A DNA stretch of 64,000 bases, from the NCBI GenBank assembly GCA_010909165.1, contig MU008232.1:31746-95745 (forward strand). Reading direction: 5' to 3'. Under the pieces are notes generated by a model that saw only the letters and a program-made list of their open reading frames with translations, did not search any database and was not told the origin of the DNA. Position 1 is the first letter of the stretch. Every line of letters starts with the position of its first letter. The DNA comes from Anthoceros angustus. Taxonomy: Eukaryota > Plantae > Anthocerotophyta. The translations under genes were made by a program, and so were the position numbers. Shown one piece after another: positions 1 to 12,608 of this stretch.

Positions 1-999
1 TATGCTTTTCGCCTCCATGTAAGGCACTTCCTACTCGTCATCGTATGCACCTACGAAACTTCCGCCTCCGTTCGATTCGCAATTTTCTTCTTCCCCTCAC
101 TTGCGTTTGGAGGCAAGCTTTGCCACTTCCTCCGCTTCCCTCCCTACCTTCTGCAGGCACACATTGCACATACAAACCAGCATGGCCGTCATGAGTTATC
201 CAGCGTTAATGGGTTTCCACAGCAAGCTGTCCATTTGCCTTACCTTCCCTCCAGTCCCTCCTCTTTTCTTACGCCCTTCTTTGGACATTTTCCTCTTCCG
301 TCCTCCTTCTTCCGGTTGCCATGCCTTGTCCACACTTGCGCCCTCTACTCCTCCTCCCGTTTCCTCTTTCGGCCTCCACCCTTTATCACAGTGGCATTGC
401 CTCAACTGGGCTCCACTATGCAGTCCATGCTCTCGGCATCCGAGGCTGCAAGGTATGTGTCTGCACAAATTAGGCACATCGTCCTCTTCAACTGCCTCCT
501 CTGCTGCGTCCATGTTCTCTGCATCCCCCGTCTGTCCCCGGCCTCCATCATCTGCATTGGCCTTTGCGATATCAAGCGCACTGCATGTTGCCCTCTTAGT
601 CCTCCTTCATTCTCTCTCCCCTCGACATCGCCTCATGTTCGCCTTTTTTTTCCCACCATGGGCTGCTGGGTGATCCACTCTCGTCCTCCTCACCCGCTCC
701 TCCTAGTCCCCCTGCGATTTTTGGCTGTCCATAGTGCACACAAGTGTGTTTCTTCAGTGATTCGGTTGCCCCTCCGTGCTCCACCACCCGACTCACGCCT
801 CCACCTTGGCCTCCACTCCATCGATCGGCCTCCACCCTCCCCATACATGGCCGTCACACAGCGGTCGGGCACCCTCCACCTCTTTTCCATTATTTGCTTG
901 CTGCCCACGACACGGCCCTCGTTGCCTCCTCCACCCCAATCCGGGCATGCGGCTTCCACCAACCCTAGGCAATCGTGGTGTCGCGGGCACCACAATATT

Positions 1000-3100
1000 C
1001 CACACACACTCGGTTCCCCTCCTGCCTCCCTCCATGCTTCCTCAAGACTCGCCCGTCTCCACTTCCCGCTCCTTGTTCATCGTCCTTTCCCCATTCAAAG
1101 TCCCTGTCCCTCGCCCCTCGGCCTCCTTCCTCCCAAGCCCCTTCCGCCATGCATTCCTTGATAGCCTCTCGTCCATGTCACCACCTCGTGCACCATCGTT
1201 GCCTCCCACCCCTTCCTTCCGTCTCGGAAAGGCCACCATATCGGGATCCATCTTCAATTCAATGTCGTTAAGCAAAATGGTCATTTCCTTGTTCTCCTTG
1301 CAATAGAACCTCTAGGATCTTTTCATACACTCCCTATCTTACTCAAGGAACTCGCAGAACCCCACTATCGCCTTTCACGATTTCCACCCTTTCCCTTTCC
1401 ACTTTCCCACCGCCCGCCCTCGAAGGTTGCCTCCCTTGTCTCAAGCTTGAACCGCCATGCAGTGCACATGTGTTACCCGTTTGTCCACCATGCCCACTCA
1501 TCCGGCCCAAACTTGAGCGTGTGCACACTTTGCCGTCACTTGTTGCGAGTGCGAAAACCCTCATCCAGCGAAATAGCTCTTCATCTATTTCCTTCACTTC
1601 ATGCGTCCAACTCCGCATCCGTCGGCTGGGAGGTTCCACGTCTCAAAGTCGTCAAAATCAAGTCAAGGGTTGGCCATGCCTCGCCTCTTACCTCTCGACT
1701 GTCTTGACGAGGAGGCCGCTTCTTCACATCGCCGATGTCAATGGAGACCGCCGGTGCGGTGGATGAGCGAGATAGAGGCCATTTGGCCCCTCATCCTCCC
1801 ACCCACGGTGATGCGTCGGCCGCCCGTCAGTATGGTGTTCGCGGCGCCTTCATGCGTGACTCCCCTAGCAAGCTTCCTCGCCATACTCCCCATCCTGTGA
1901 CGGTTGTCCACCACCTTCGTGCCATCAAGGCAATGGCTTCCTCTCAGTGAAAGGTGCCGGGCCATGAGTCCCGTCGAATTCAAGGCTGCTATTTTGAAAA
2001 AGCTTTGTTTGCAAAGGCCGGTTGTCATTTACTCCTCTTGGCGGACGGGACGTGCACATGCTACTTGCCCATAATCACAACAATTTTCGACCACAACCTT
2101 GCGGACTTGGGAGCAAGTTTCATGTCCCATTGGTTATGTCGTTACTCATGATGTATTATATTGCCCACATGGCGCGCTCTCAATGCGCCCATTCGCATTT
2201 ACCATTAATCATCGTCTTCCGACCAAAGATTGCCTTGTGCATCCGGAGGGAGGAGACAATAGACTATATGCAAACCAATCACCATACATGATTTATTCCA
2301 CTTTCAGCGCGTGACTCGAGTAGCGTGCGCAAGGGTGACTTGTCATGTCGGTCAAGCGGTATGGACGGGCACCAAACCATACCCATCCATTCCGCCAAGC
2401 GGACAGGTCATCGAGTTTTATTGCGTGACGATGGGAAGTACAAGTAGTGATCAAGGATGAAGGACTTTCCCATCCCAATGTTTAATTACGGTAAGCATAT
2501 GTCCCACATTGTGAGGTATAAAACCTGCTCACACCGTGCAGGGCAAGAGCCAAGGATGACGCCCTCCATACCAGTCCTTGATGGCCGACGAGGGAGCAAC
2601 CTCCATCCATCATCCTCGATGGCCATCATTGGAATTGCAGCCCTTGTCCTTAATGGCCATCGTCGGTTTCCACCACAACAATAATGTGCACATACGCAAT
2701 GATCCACAATGACACAGTCGAGGCGGAAGGGCGGTTTTGACTTATGCGGATTCCACAAACACTTTAGCAGCATGGACTTGTAGGTAGGCGAATAGGGCCA
2801 AAAAGTGTTCACATCCGGCCTCTGAACCCCAGCCATACCGTGTGTGGTCACGAACACCATGCCGCACCATGTGGAAGGAACCACCTCGCCACCGAGCAAG
2901 TCCCCCACGAGGATAGCCACGATGAGCGGCTCCACGCCATGAGGCGGTGACACCGCCTCCAACCTTTGCAAAGGATCCTTGATGGCCATCAGCATTTCTA
3001 GTTGTGCACCGAAGATGGAGACATGAACACGCCTCGTGGTGCGAACTACCACTCCACGCCCATTTAGGTTTCCAGCTAGCTCCGGCATACATGTCAACAT
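1000..3100 (-). mobile_element. Highly degenerate coding remnant, possibly another ParB-like + MTase-like gene of the family at 56.8-59.2 kb
   Basis: Minus-strand fragments in the same order as the 57-59 kb gene: RLDCVIVD (~2720), then CCGGN followed after a frameshift by TMAIKD (~2665; cf. VLGGNHTYAAMK), then VSIDIGDVKK...WPTLDLILT (~1750-1655; motif IV-like), then RFYCKENKEMTILL (~1300). Several frameshifts are needed. Confidence 0.3.
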
Positions 3101-5649
3101 GTCCTACATGGCATAAGGTAGCAGGAGGCGCCCGCAGGCATGTTTCACGAAGACAGGCTCGCCGCGGTGCGAGGATGACCAAGAGAAAGGTAGTAGCGTG
3201 AAGCGAGGGCAAGGTGGTGACATTTAAAGCGGACCACCACCTTCTCGACTTGTGCCCCGGCCACATCGGGTTGCGGATGAGAGGATCTTGAATTTCAAGC
3301 TATTCCTTACATGTGACAAACCAAACATGGCGATGGTCGATAATACGATGACGTTCTGGTAAATGCAATGAGTGTGAAGGCGGAAGGAGCGAAGTTTGTT
3401 TTCATGTCTCCTAAGGGCTGGAAATCCTGCGGCGGTGCCATAGTGACGTCGAGCCGTCCTAGCATGGTGCGGGCGTGAATACATTATCGTTACGCCATGT
3501 GGCGGATTGGTGGAAGCGAGGAGTCTCGAGCGATGGACATCATTATCTAGGAGAGACGGAATTGGCATATATGGCAAATTCACATACGGACGGTCCTTCA
3601 TTCATGGCATAATGAAAGGGGCATTTAGTTTGCTTGAATGGCTCTCACGTGCCACCCACGTCCTTGCACAATGGTGTAGATGTTGATATAGATTATTACA
3701 AAGCGGTGGAGCAGGCGTCACGGTTCAAACGCGACCTTCGACGTGGCATGTTTTCTTCCATGCCATGAGTTTTCAATTATTCTAATGGCTTGCACCCACC
3801 TTCCTTGGACCATGGTGGAGGAGAATTTTATTTGAGAGAAAGGGAACCATTGTCCTTGGTTCATGGCGGTTGTAAGATGGCCATGACCTTGTCATGGCAT
3901 GGCACTTCCTTGGTCATCGGCCACTCGAAATCGCATTGCAAACACTTGTCCTTGGGTCACGAAATGGTCATAAAAAGCGGGGACTATATATGGCATGCAT
4001 GGAGGAATGGCATCGTGGACAAGGAAGGTTTCTGTTGTGCACTGCACAAACACGAATGAGGAAGGTGGCATGGCAAGGCAAGGAGCGGCAGCATGGCGCA
4101 TGGTGGATGAGTCCCCTGGGACGTTGGATGGAGTGCAGCGTGATGGTCCGGATGGGCGGCTCAGTGAGAGGGGGATGGTGTGAGATGGAGGGAGAGAGAG
4201 GTGGATGTCGATGGAGGCGGCGAGAGGAGGTGTCGAGGTGACGCGGAGAACTTCGCGTGGAGTGGATGATCGCAAGACGATCTGAGAGAAGGGAACGGAG
4301 TGGGTGTCTCTAATAGGTGGGAGCTACGCAGGAGAGAATCAAAACTTTCGGAGGAGGAATCGCCGGGCATCGGGAGGAGGAATTTGGCGTGAGTCAGGAG
4401 AAAGAGGACTGGTGATCGGGAGGAGCATGGTGGTGCGCCCAAGAGGCCGTGGTGGCGAGAGAGGCCATTGGTCTTGTGGACCTTCATTCGGTGGCGATGG
4501 ATAACCCCAACAACGTGGGAGGAGGATGCCAGGGAGGAAGCTGCTGCCACAGGAGTGGGAGGCGGTCTCGGAGGCGGTTGCGGAGGCGGGCCAAGGCGTG
4601 CATATGATGGTCGGGAGGCGGTGAGGAGAAGGACACAGCGCAATGATGGGGAAAGCGCAAGCGGATGTGGAGATGGCGGATGAGGTGGAGGGACATACCA
4701 CTACATTGCCACTACATTGGAGAATTGATGGAGCGTTGGCGGTAAGCCAGGCAGCGTCATTGCCGTGTTGTCGTGCATGGGCGTGGTGGAGTGTACATGG
4801 GCTGAGCGGTTATGCGATGGAGGTTGGGTGGAGAATGAGGAGTTGATTGGTTGGTGCGGCGTATGATATGGGCGTGAGCTCTAAGTGATGTGTGTGCATG
4901 ACAGGGAAGAAGGGAAGGGAAAGGTGGAAGGTGAAGGCCATGTCGGGAAGGAAGGCACGGATACTAGTGGAGAGAAGGAAGATGGAGGAAAGGTGGCAAG
5001 CAGGCGTCACCGTCAAGTGATCTTTGGAGGCAACGTAGATGGTGGGGAACACGGATGTGGGAGGGAGCTGGAGAGATGGTGGGGAACTGGATGGATGAGA
5101 GAATGGGAGATGCTGGAAAGCCATTTTCTTGAGGGAAGATGCATTGGGTGGACCGGTGATGGTCAATCGGCAACAAGCAGATGGAATTGGTATTCCCACC
5201 TTTGTAGCCTAGCATTTACAGGGTCCTTCGTGAAAGTGGTGATTGAGGCCTGGATAGGTCTAGGAAGTTGTGGAGGAACCACGAAAACAATGGTGTTGGT
5301 CGAAGAGTCACCAAGTGGCGTCAAGACGATATGGCCATATCACTTGGAAGACGTACATGTTTGTAGATAAAGCCAATTGCATCGGTGGCAACAAAGCCAA
5401 TCTTTGAAAAGGGATAGAGGACGCTTGAATTGTCCAAAAATTCCAATTAATTTGTCAATAAAATCAAACACTTATATGCAAGGTATGAGAGAAATATGAC
5501 TATTTACACTCTTACTAGCATAAGTTATATAATTTAGTTCTTGGAGGCTTTGTATTTATTAGTATATGTTACATACCATAGTACAATACTTATACACTTA
5601 TGTCTTGAAGCCTATATACATATATATGAAGGCTTTGGATAATCAATGA

Positions 5650-6320
5650 ACTCAGAGAGAGGTCCTTGTTGTCATGTTGCTATAAAATGGCTATGATTCT
5701 CATCATGGTATATGAGTGGCGTGGGGTTAGCACATACATATTACTATATAAACAGTCTTGGCCTATATACGTGTATATACATATACAAAGGAGGCACATA
5801 TCTACACTAATATAATATAAGTAAAGCAGATGGATGTGTACATATATATGTACACATACTTATACTATATACATATATATATGTATACAAAGGATATGCA
5901 AAGGAGGTAAAATAGGAAGGAAGGACAGCCCCTGCAGGAGAGAGGTCCTTGTTACAATCATGTTGCAAGAGGAAGAGGGAAGAGTATAAAATGGTTGTGA
6001 TAGGGAGGTCCTTCTCACGGTCATGATGGAGGAGGAAGTGAAAGAGTATAAAAGGGTGTGATAAGGAGCAATAACTAGCAGGTGGGGTGAGAGGAGAGAC
6101 CAAGCATTGTGTTAAGATGGGGTGAGAAGGTGGATAAGAAATTGACACCACAGACACCAAGTCACCAAAGAGTGTTGCAATTTTGAAGTGGTACATGAAG
6201 TGAGAGACCAAGCATTGTGTTAGGATGGTGGGAGAAGGAAGAGAAAAAATGGACCAACTTAACACCAAGCCATCAAAACATGTTGCAAGTTGGAAGTGTT
6301 ACATAAAATCAACAAGATTT
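5650..6320. repeat. AT/TA-rich region with degenerate direct repeats
   Basis: GAGGTCCTT..CATG at ~5660, ~5942 and ~6005; GAGACCAAGCATTGTGTTA(A/G)GATGG at ~6095 and ~6204; TA runs at 5760-5890. Confidence 0.6.
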
Positions 6321-6326
6321 TATTGA

Positions 6327-6513
6327 TGTGAAGATATATAAATATAACCTAGAACTCGCTTGGTATTAATAACATGTATACGTTAGGGTTATGAAAGGTC
6401 ATTTAGTGAAGCGACACTAGATTTAAGAAGTAGATTAGACAAACATTTTTGTATTGTACATTATCTTATCAATCTGAGTTTCTGCTTTCTAGTCTTCAAC
6501 TCGTTACTTCACA
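6327..6513 (+). repeat. 5' LTR of copia-1
   Basis: Direct repeat of 12419-12603; 7-bp terminal inverted repeat; PBS follows immediately. Confidence 0.95.
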
Positions 6514-6526
6514 TGGTATCAGAGCC
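6514..6526 (+). promoter_or_regulatory. Primer binding site (tRNA-iMet type)
   Basis: TGGTATCAGAGCC directly after the LTR. Confidence 0.93.
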
Positions 6527-7580
6527 ATGCTCTGCATCTTGTGCAACAACCTGAAATATGCCGAGGCAAGGTGGCAATCGTAGAGGCTCACATCTAGGTG
6601 GATCCTCTAGATATTCTCATCTAGGAGGATGTCCACCAAGACACATATCACCCTGCTGAACCACGGTGACCTCTCGAAAAACTACCGCTCTCGGCAAAGG
6701 CATCGCTCAGCGTCGCCCTACATCTTCACGGATATTGAGCAATCAAGAGGCCAACCGGCTCTATCGAGCACGTTGCCCGAGGGAGGGCGAACCCCGACAC
6801 ATGCCCACACCTCGACCGGAGCTTGACCTCCCAGTTATTTGTTCGAGACTGCGGTAAAATAACGATCTCGGGATCTCCAGACCAGGGGCCCGCGCGACAA
6901 TCTGCAGCAAGACACCACAACACAGACTCTAATGCCCCATCGGATTGAGGATCACGCTAACAAATCACAAGCGATACCGTGTGGAAAAAGTTGTCCCTTG
7001 TCATCAAACCGGTGTCTCTCAAGAGCGAGTTTGCGGCTGGATTACGCAGGCGAGCAATTGATTTGCAAATATGAGCTCCAACAGGATATCAACATTCGAT
7101 CTCCTTCAAAACATGGACCTCAAATTGCGATCTTAATTAACGATGGATCGACTCCGGCGCCCATGTCTGTGAAGCCTTCCAGCTCCAAAGTGGAGACATC
7201 CAGGTAGGAGGAATTCACGATCGAATCGGTGCATTGTTCCTCGCACCTCTTTCTTTGAATCTTGCATACAACCACATTGGTCCACAGTGGGTGTCACTTC
7301 ACGGGGACATGTCGGTTGATTTGACCTAACTGAAACGTCACAATAAATGAAAAGGCATTATTTTTAGGGTTGCCCATAGTGGGCAACTGTTCATAATAGC
7401 GAGGAAGGAAAGTTGAGGAGTTCAGCACGAGCAGGGCATAGCTGGCTACCCCCTCCTCTTGCTGACCTCCCCAGCATCCCTCCACTGCATATTATGATCA
7501 GTATTTAATTACGTATAAATATATGATGCATGAACACTTACCTGTACCGTTAGAGCCATAGCTCTTTATAGTCTGTCTAA

Positions 7581-8348
7581 GTGTTCATGTCCACTGCAGC
7601 ACATTTGAACGCACTCATTAACAATTTTCAGCAACTTACTTTACACCAATCCACTCGTTTGACCATGGCATCGGCATCCATGCCTTCCTTTACCTCAGAA
7701 CTTAAAGAGAAAGACAGGTTTAAAGGACAGGGCTACTCAATATGGAGAGTCCGCATGAGGAGCATGCTTGTTGCTCGTGGTGTTTGGGCCGTTGTGGATG
7801 GAACTTGCAAGAAACCCGTACAAACAGCTAATCCTCCGCCCACTGCCGATGACATTGCCAAGTGGGATTTGCTCAATGGCATTGCCATGGCTCTCCTTAT
7901 CGGAGGCTTAGACGCTGACCTTGTTCCTGAGGTCGAATTCTTCACTGCTGCAGCTGAGATCTGGAACCAGCTTGAAAAGACATACCAAGTTCAGAACATG
8001 ATGACCCTCTGCGCCGTTCGACAAGAGTTCTATGCACTTAAAATGAGAGAAGGTGACAAGGTGGCAGCTCATACCAGCAGATTTCGTCATCTGCGGGCAC
8101 AAATGGCATCCATGACCGGAGACAAAATGTCCGAAGTTGATGCTGTTGCCCAGCTGCTAACCAGTCTTCCCGTCTCTTATCAAGCATTTGTTACAAGCCA
8201 AAACGGACCCATTCGAACAGCACATACTGCGACTTCCTCTGGTCAACCTGTGACCATCACTCTAGAAGAAGTGATTGGTGCATTGTTCCAGGAGGAGCAA
8301 AGCGCATTCTCTGTGGTGTTCCTAAGAGCAAAGCGGAGAAGGTGTTAG
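7581..8348 (+). CDS. gag: copia-1 Gag (UBN2/Retrotran_gag_2-like)
   Basis: RFKGQGYSIWRVRMRSML, AAEIWNQLEKTY, RQEFYALKMREGD, LLTSLPVSY. Confidence 0.9.
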   Translation: MFMSTAAHLNALINNFQQLTLHQSTRLTMASASMPSFTSELKEKDRFKGQGYSIWRVRMRSMLVARGVWAVVDGTCKKPVQTANPPPTADDIAKWDLLNGIAMALLIGGLDADLVPEVEFFTAAAEIWNQLEKTYQVQNMMTLCAVRQEFYALKMREGDKVAAHTSRFRHLRAQMASMTGDKMSEVDAVAQLLTSLPVSYQAFVTSQNGPIRTAHTATSSGQPVTITLEEVIGALFQEEQSAFSVVFLRAKRRRC

Positions 8349-8514
8349 CCGCAATTTCCGTCCTTCTCGGCAAGAACAAATTCGGAGGGACATAACACCT
8401 TTCGACAATGTGAATCTTCCAACACCAAAGCGGCGGTTCCTGGTGTGGGACCCACAGGCAAGAGAATGCCGAGAAGAAAGGGTGAGCCTCGAAGCAACCT
8501 AAACTGCTGCGAGC

Positions 8515-11500
8515 GTGGCGATTAAGTCAAGCGATTCCAAGGCATCTGAGGATCCTTACCATCCCTTGTCAAGCTCTTTGCAAGATGAAGGCTGGTACCT
8601 TGATTACCGCCACCACTCACATTTGCGAGCGAAGTTGTTTACTTCCCTCAACCTTGTTCATGTCCATGACAAGGTTCTTCTTGGTGATGAACAGTCCAAG
8701 ACAAGTCTGCAGATAGAAGGTCGAGGAACATGTGTGTTTATGCCGCATGATCACACACACCTCATGTTAGAAGATGTTCTCTTCGTAGCATGGCCAAGAA
8801 CCTCATGTCGTTGAGTCAGGTCATGAGATCACGTACCTTTCTGATGCGTGCGATTTTCGGACTTCTTTTGTTTTTACGTAAAAGAGTCTCGATAGGTGTG
8901 TCTTCAAAGGCATTTTAGACAATGACACATAAATTAGACATAACGTGTAACAAGCGGCACATCCGATGCTGCCCATTCAACGGACTAGGTCACCTAGTCT
9001 CCATCAAGAGGCCATCTTGTGGCATGCTCGCTTGGGGCATGTCAATCGCTCCAAGGCGATAGACATGTCTATCACGAGGCCATCGTGAGCCCCTTCCCAA
9101 GTGTTTCAAAGATGCCTGTGCGAGTCTTGTATATTGGCGAAGCAGAAAGCGTCTCCCTTTCCTACTGCCCCAGCACATAGGGCATCACAAGTCCTTGGTT
9201 TAGTTCATGCCGACATCTCAGGGAAAATCCAGGAACCATCCCTAGGAGGTTCTCAATACTTTTTCACCTTGACAGATGACTATAGTAGATATACCTGGAC
9301 ATTCCCGATGCAGCTGAAGAGTGACACACTTTCCTTTTTCAAAGATCGGGCTGGTTCGTCAGAGCAGCATCTTCTTGAAGGTGCTCGACGACAGCGGGAC
9401 GGTGTGAATCAAGCCGACTTGCTGCAAGAACATGGAGTTCTCGCCAACTCATCGTCCCTACACGCCACAACAAAATGGCGTGTCGAGCGAAAATCAAACT
9501 CTTCGCTATGACAAGCATGCTCATTTGGGCTGGATTACCTCAAGGTTATTGGGCGGAGGCCATTGTTCTTCGCGTACATCACAGGTCGACAAGCTCGTCC
9601 CACATAAGACACCTTACGAGGTCTTGGTCTCGCCAAGCCTACTACATTTGAAGGTCTTTGGATCTCGAGCATTTGCACACATCCCCGAAAAGGAAGAAGC
9701 TTGATCCTCGGCGCAGGTCTTTCTTTTGTTGGGCGATGAAACGACAAAAGCGTATAAGCTGGTCAATAGATCGGGTCCATTGTGCTCGCAGCGGTGTGAC
9801 CTTCCTTGAACCCAGCTCCGGCATCATTATTGTGACAGACTCACCAGTTTCTTGAGATGTGGATGCCCTTGCCTCGATCTTGATGCCTGATTATCCTATG
9901 GACGACATGGAGCCATTGTTCTTTTGCACGATCACGTTTACTTGCTCCAGATCCAAAGCGGCCCCCTCCCTTTCAACCCCGAGACATGCCCCTTTTACCT
10001 AACGAGGGGCCTTTCTAGATGCGAGAGGGGTGCCTAACTGGTGCAGTGAGATGATCCTGCTGCTGTCGATCCTGGTCCCGACCTTGAACGATGTCCTACT
10101 GACTAGATGAGCTGCACCACGAGCTCCGGGAGGTCTCTGCGCCGTCACCACTGCAATGGGATGAACCCCGCTATCAGTCTGTGGATTTTAGAACACATCT
10201 TGTTCCAGGCCTTGCTACGAGCACTGTTCTTCCCGATGAGCCTACTAGCCTTTCCCAAGCCTTCCATGGCCCTGAACATGTGCAGTGGAAGGCAGCAGTG
10301 GAGGATGAATATCAGTCTCTTGTGAAGAACCACACCTGGATTCTTGCTGACCTTCCACCAGGCCGCAAGGCCATATCCTGCAAGTGGGTGTTCAAACTCA
10401 AGTTGAATGCAAAAGGGAAGTTGCGTTTAAGCTCGACTTGTGGCTAGAGGGTTCACGCAAGTGGAGGGCTCGACTACCGAGACATTCTCACCACAGTTCG
10501 CATCAATCCATCCGGTTTATACTTGCCTATGCCACAGAATTTGATCTCGATCTTCAGCAGATGGACGTGTGCACGGCTTTTCTGTATGGAGCTCTTGATG
10601 AAGAATTATATATGCTCCAGCCTGAGGCCTATGAGGATTCTGCACATCCCCACAAGGTGTTAAAACTCTTGAAATGCATATATGGTTTGAAACAAAGCGG
10701 GAGAGTGTGGTATATCACCATGCATCTGTATCTACTCAGCATAGATTTTGTTCAGAACACAGCTGATACCAATGTTTATAAGCTTTCCCAAGGATCCTCT
10801 ATTGTGCTTCGGCTCTGTACGTGGACGATGTTATCCTTGCCACAAACGATCAAGCACTGTTGTCAATAGTCAAGCAAAAACTTAACGACAAGTTTGACAT
10901 GAAAGATATTGGCGAACTAAAGTTTTGCTTGGGCATACAGCTGCTGATCGATGCAGGCCTTATGTTCATACACCAGTACAAGTATGTAAACGAGATACTT
11001 AAGAAGTTCAATCTCGATCAAGCACGGCCAGCAACCACTCCATATGCAACAGGTACCAAGCTAACACTTTCACAGTGCCCACAGACATCGGATGAAATCA
11101 AAGACATGGAAGACGTACCTTACAGACACGCAGTTGGCAGCCTACTCTTCGTTGCCAACTGGACCAGGCCAGACATACAATATGCGGTCAGTACGGTTTC
11201 CCAATTTCTTGAGAATCCTGGGAGAGCACACTGGACAGCTGTGAAAAGGATCTTCCGCTATCTTAAGGGCACACATAAATATGGTCTCATGTATAAACGC
11301 AGTGGTGCATCCGAGCTTACTCTGTCCGGATTTACAGACGTTGACTGGGCCTCGGACTCTGACTCTCGGCGAAGTTTGTCGACATACTGTTTCCTCCTTG
11401 CTTCAGCTGCTGTCAACTGGAGTAGTAAAAAACAGCCTTCCATAGCTTTGAGCTCCAGGCGAGAATACAAGTCCATGAGGCAGCCAAAGAAGCAGAGTGG

Positions 11501-11790
11501 GAGCGTAGTTTCCTTGCTGATCTTGGCCAGGCTCAGCATCATCCTACTTTAATCCTCTGCGACAACATGTCGGCACGAGTTAGTGGCCAAGCCTACCTTT
11601 CATGCTAGAACAAAATACATCGAGATACAACATCATTATATCCGTGATGTTGTTGCTCGTGTTATCAAGGTGGGATATATTTTGAATGATGACTGACATC
11701 TAACCAAAGGACTACCCAAGCACAAGCATTATGTTCACATGCGAGGGTTAGGTGTTCACGACTTCTCTGCTCATATCGATCAATGAGGAT
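8515..11790 (+). pseudogene. pol: copia-1 Pol (PR, INT, RT, RNase H), frameshifted in this assembly
   Basis: GWYLD (PR); CESCILAKQ, LVHADISG, TDDYSRYTW, PYTPQQNGV (INT); WKAAVEDEYQSL, QMDVCTAFLYG, YGLKQSGR, VDD (RT); GFTDVDWA, CDN (RH). Confidence 0.92.
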
Positions 11791-12418
11791 ACTTATCTGA
11801 TTTGGGGGGGGGGTACTGTTTTTGGTTGATGCTCCCTACATCCAACCAGCTAAGTTGTTAACTCCCTGCACAAGGAGGCAAGCAGTTAAAGACAGTTCAG
11901 AAGTGCTTTTCTGGATCACAGCAGGTGGATGAAGCTCTCACGACGAACCCAATCATTCTGCTGGGGATTACCTTCTTTACTCGGGAGTCTTAAGCTGATA
12001 CATCAGCCGAGAAGTTTCCCGAAGGTTCCTAATCAGCTCACTTCCTCCAAGCTTTCGGGATTGACGCCATCATCGGCTCGTGGCGGGTCAGCGCCGTCCA
12101 TATCCCACCACCATCAAATCGCACTTTCGGTCCTAAGCGGTGCAAGACGCCGATGCGCGTTTGGTTGTCCGGCGGCGTCGACTCAAATTCAGACAGTGGT
12201 TGGTTACCTTGCTCCTCTAGTTTAGGCGGCCGCCGCAACTCAGACGTGATATACGCTCCTTGTTGTCATTCTGCGCTACAGAATTGCGCTCATGAAAGCA
12301 TGAGGAATATGGCAGGCACCGAAGCGGAGATAGCGTTTTTTGCGTGGCGGCTCGTTCTTATATACATTAGGGTTTCTTTTGTGATCGGGTTGTTTAAGCT
12401 CGTTGAGGTTAAGAGGGG

Positions 12419-12603
12419 TGTGAAGATATATAAATATAACCTAGAACTCGCTTTATTAATAACATGTATCGTTAGGGTTATGAAAGGTCATTTAGTGAAG
12501 CGACACTATGGCCATTTAAAGTAGATTAGACAAACATTTGTATTGTACATTATCTTATCAATCTCGGTTTTCGACTTTCTAGTCTTCAACTTGTTCCTTC
12601 ACA
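12419..12603 (+). repeat. 3' LTR of copia-1
   Basis: Follows the purine tract at ~12405-12418; followed by TSD ATTGA. Confidence 0.95.
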
Positions 12604-12608
12604 ATTGA

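Larger units (their letters stand above)
6327..12603 (+). mobile_element. Full-length Ty1/copia LTR retrotransposon (copia-1)
   Basis: Two ~186-bp LTRs with TGTGAAG...CTTCACA ends. Perfect 5-bp TSD ATTGA (6322-6326 and 12604-12608). PBS TGGTATCAGAGCC; PPT AAGAGGGG; gag-PR-INT-RT-RH order. Confidence 0.97.

Noticed and set aside
101-1306. Several long overlapping Pro/Ser/Leu-rich ORFs on +
   Set aside because: Shadow frames of pyrimidine-rich low-complexity sequence; no recognisable domain
4885-5370. Possible CACTA/MULE accessory domain (VKVVIE...WP)
   Set aside because: Only two short motifs; too weak to call
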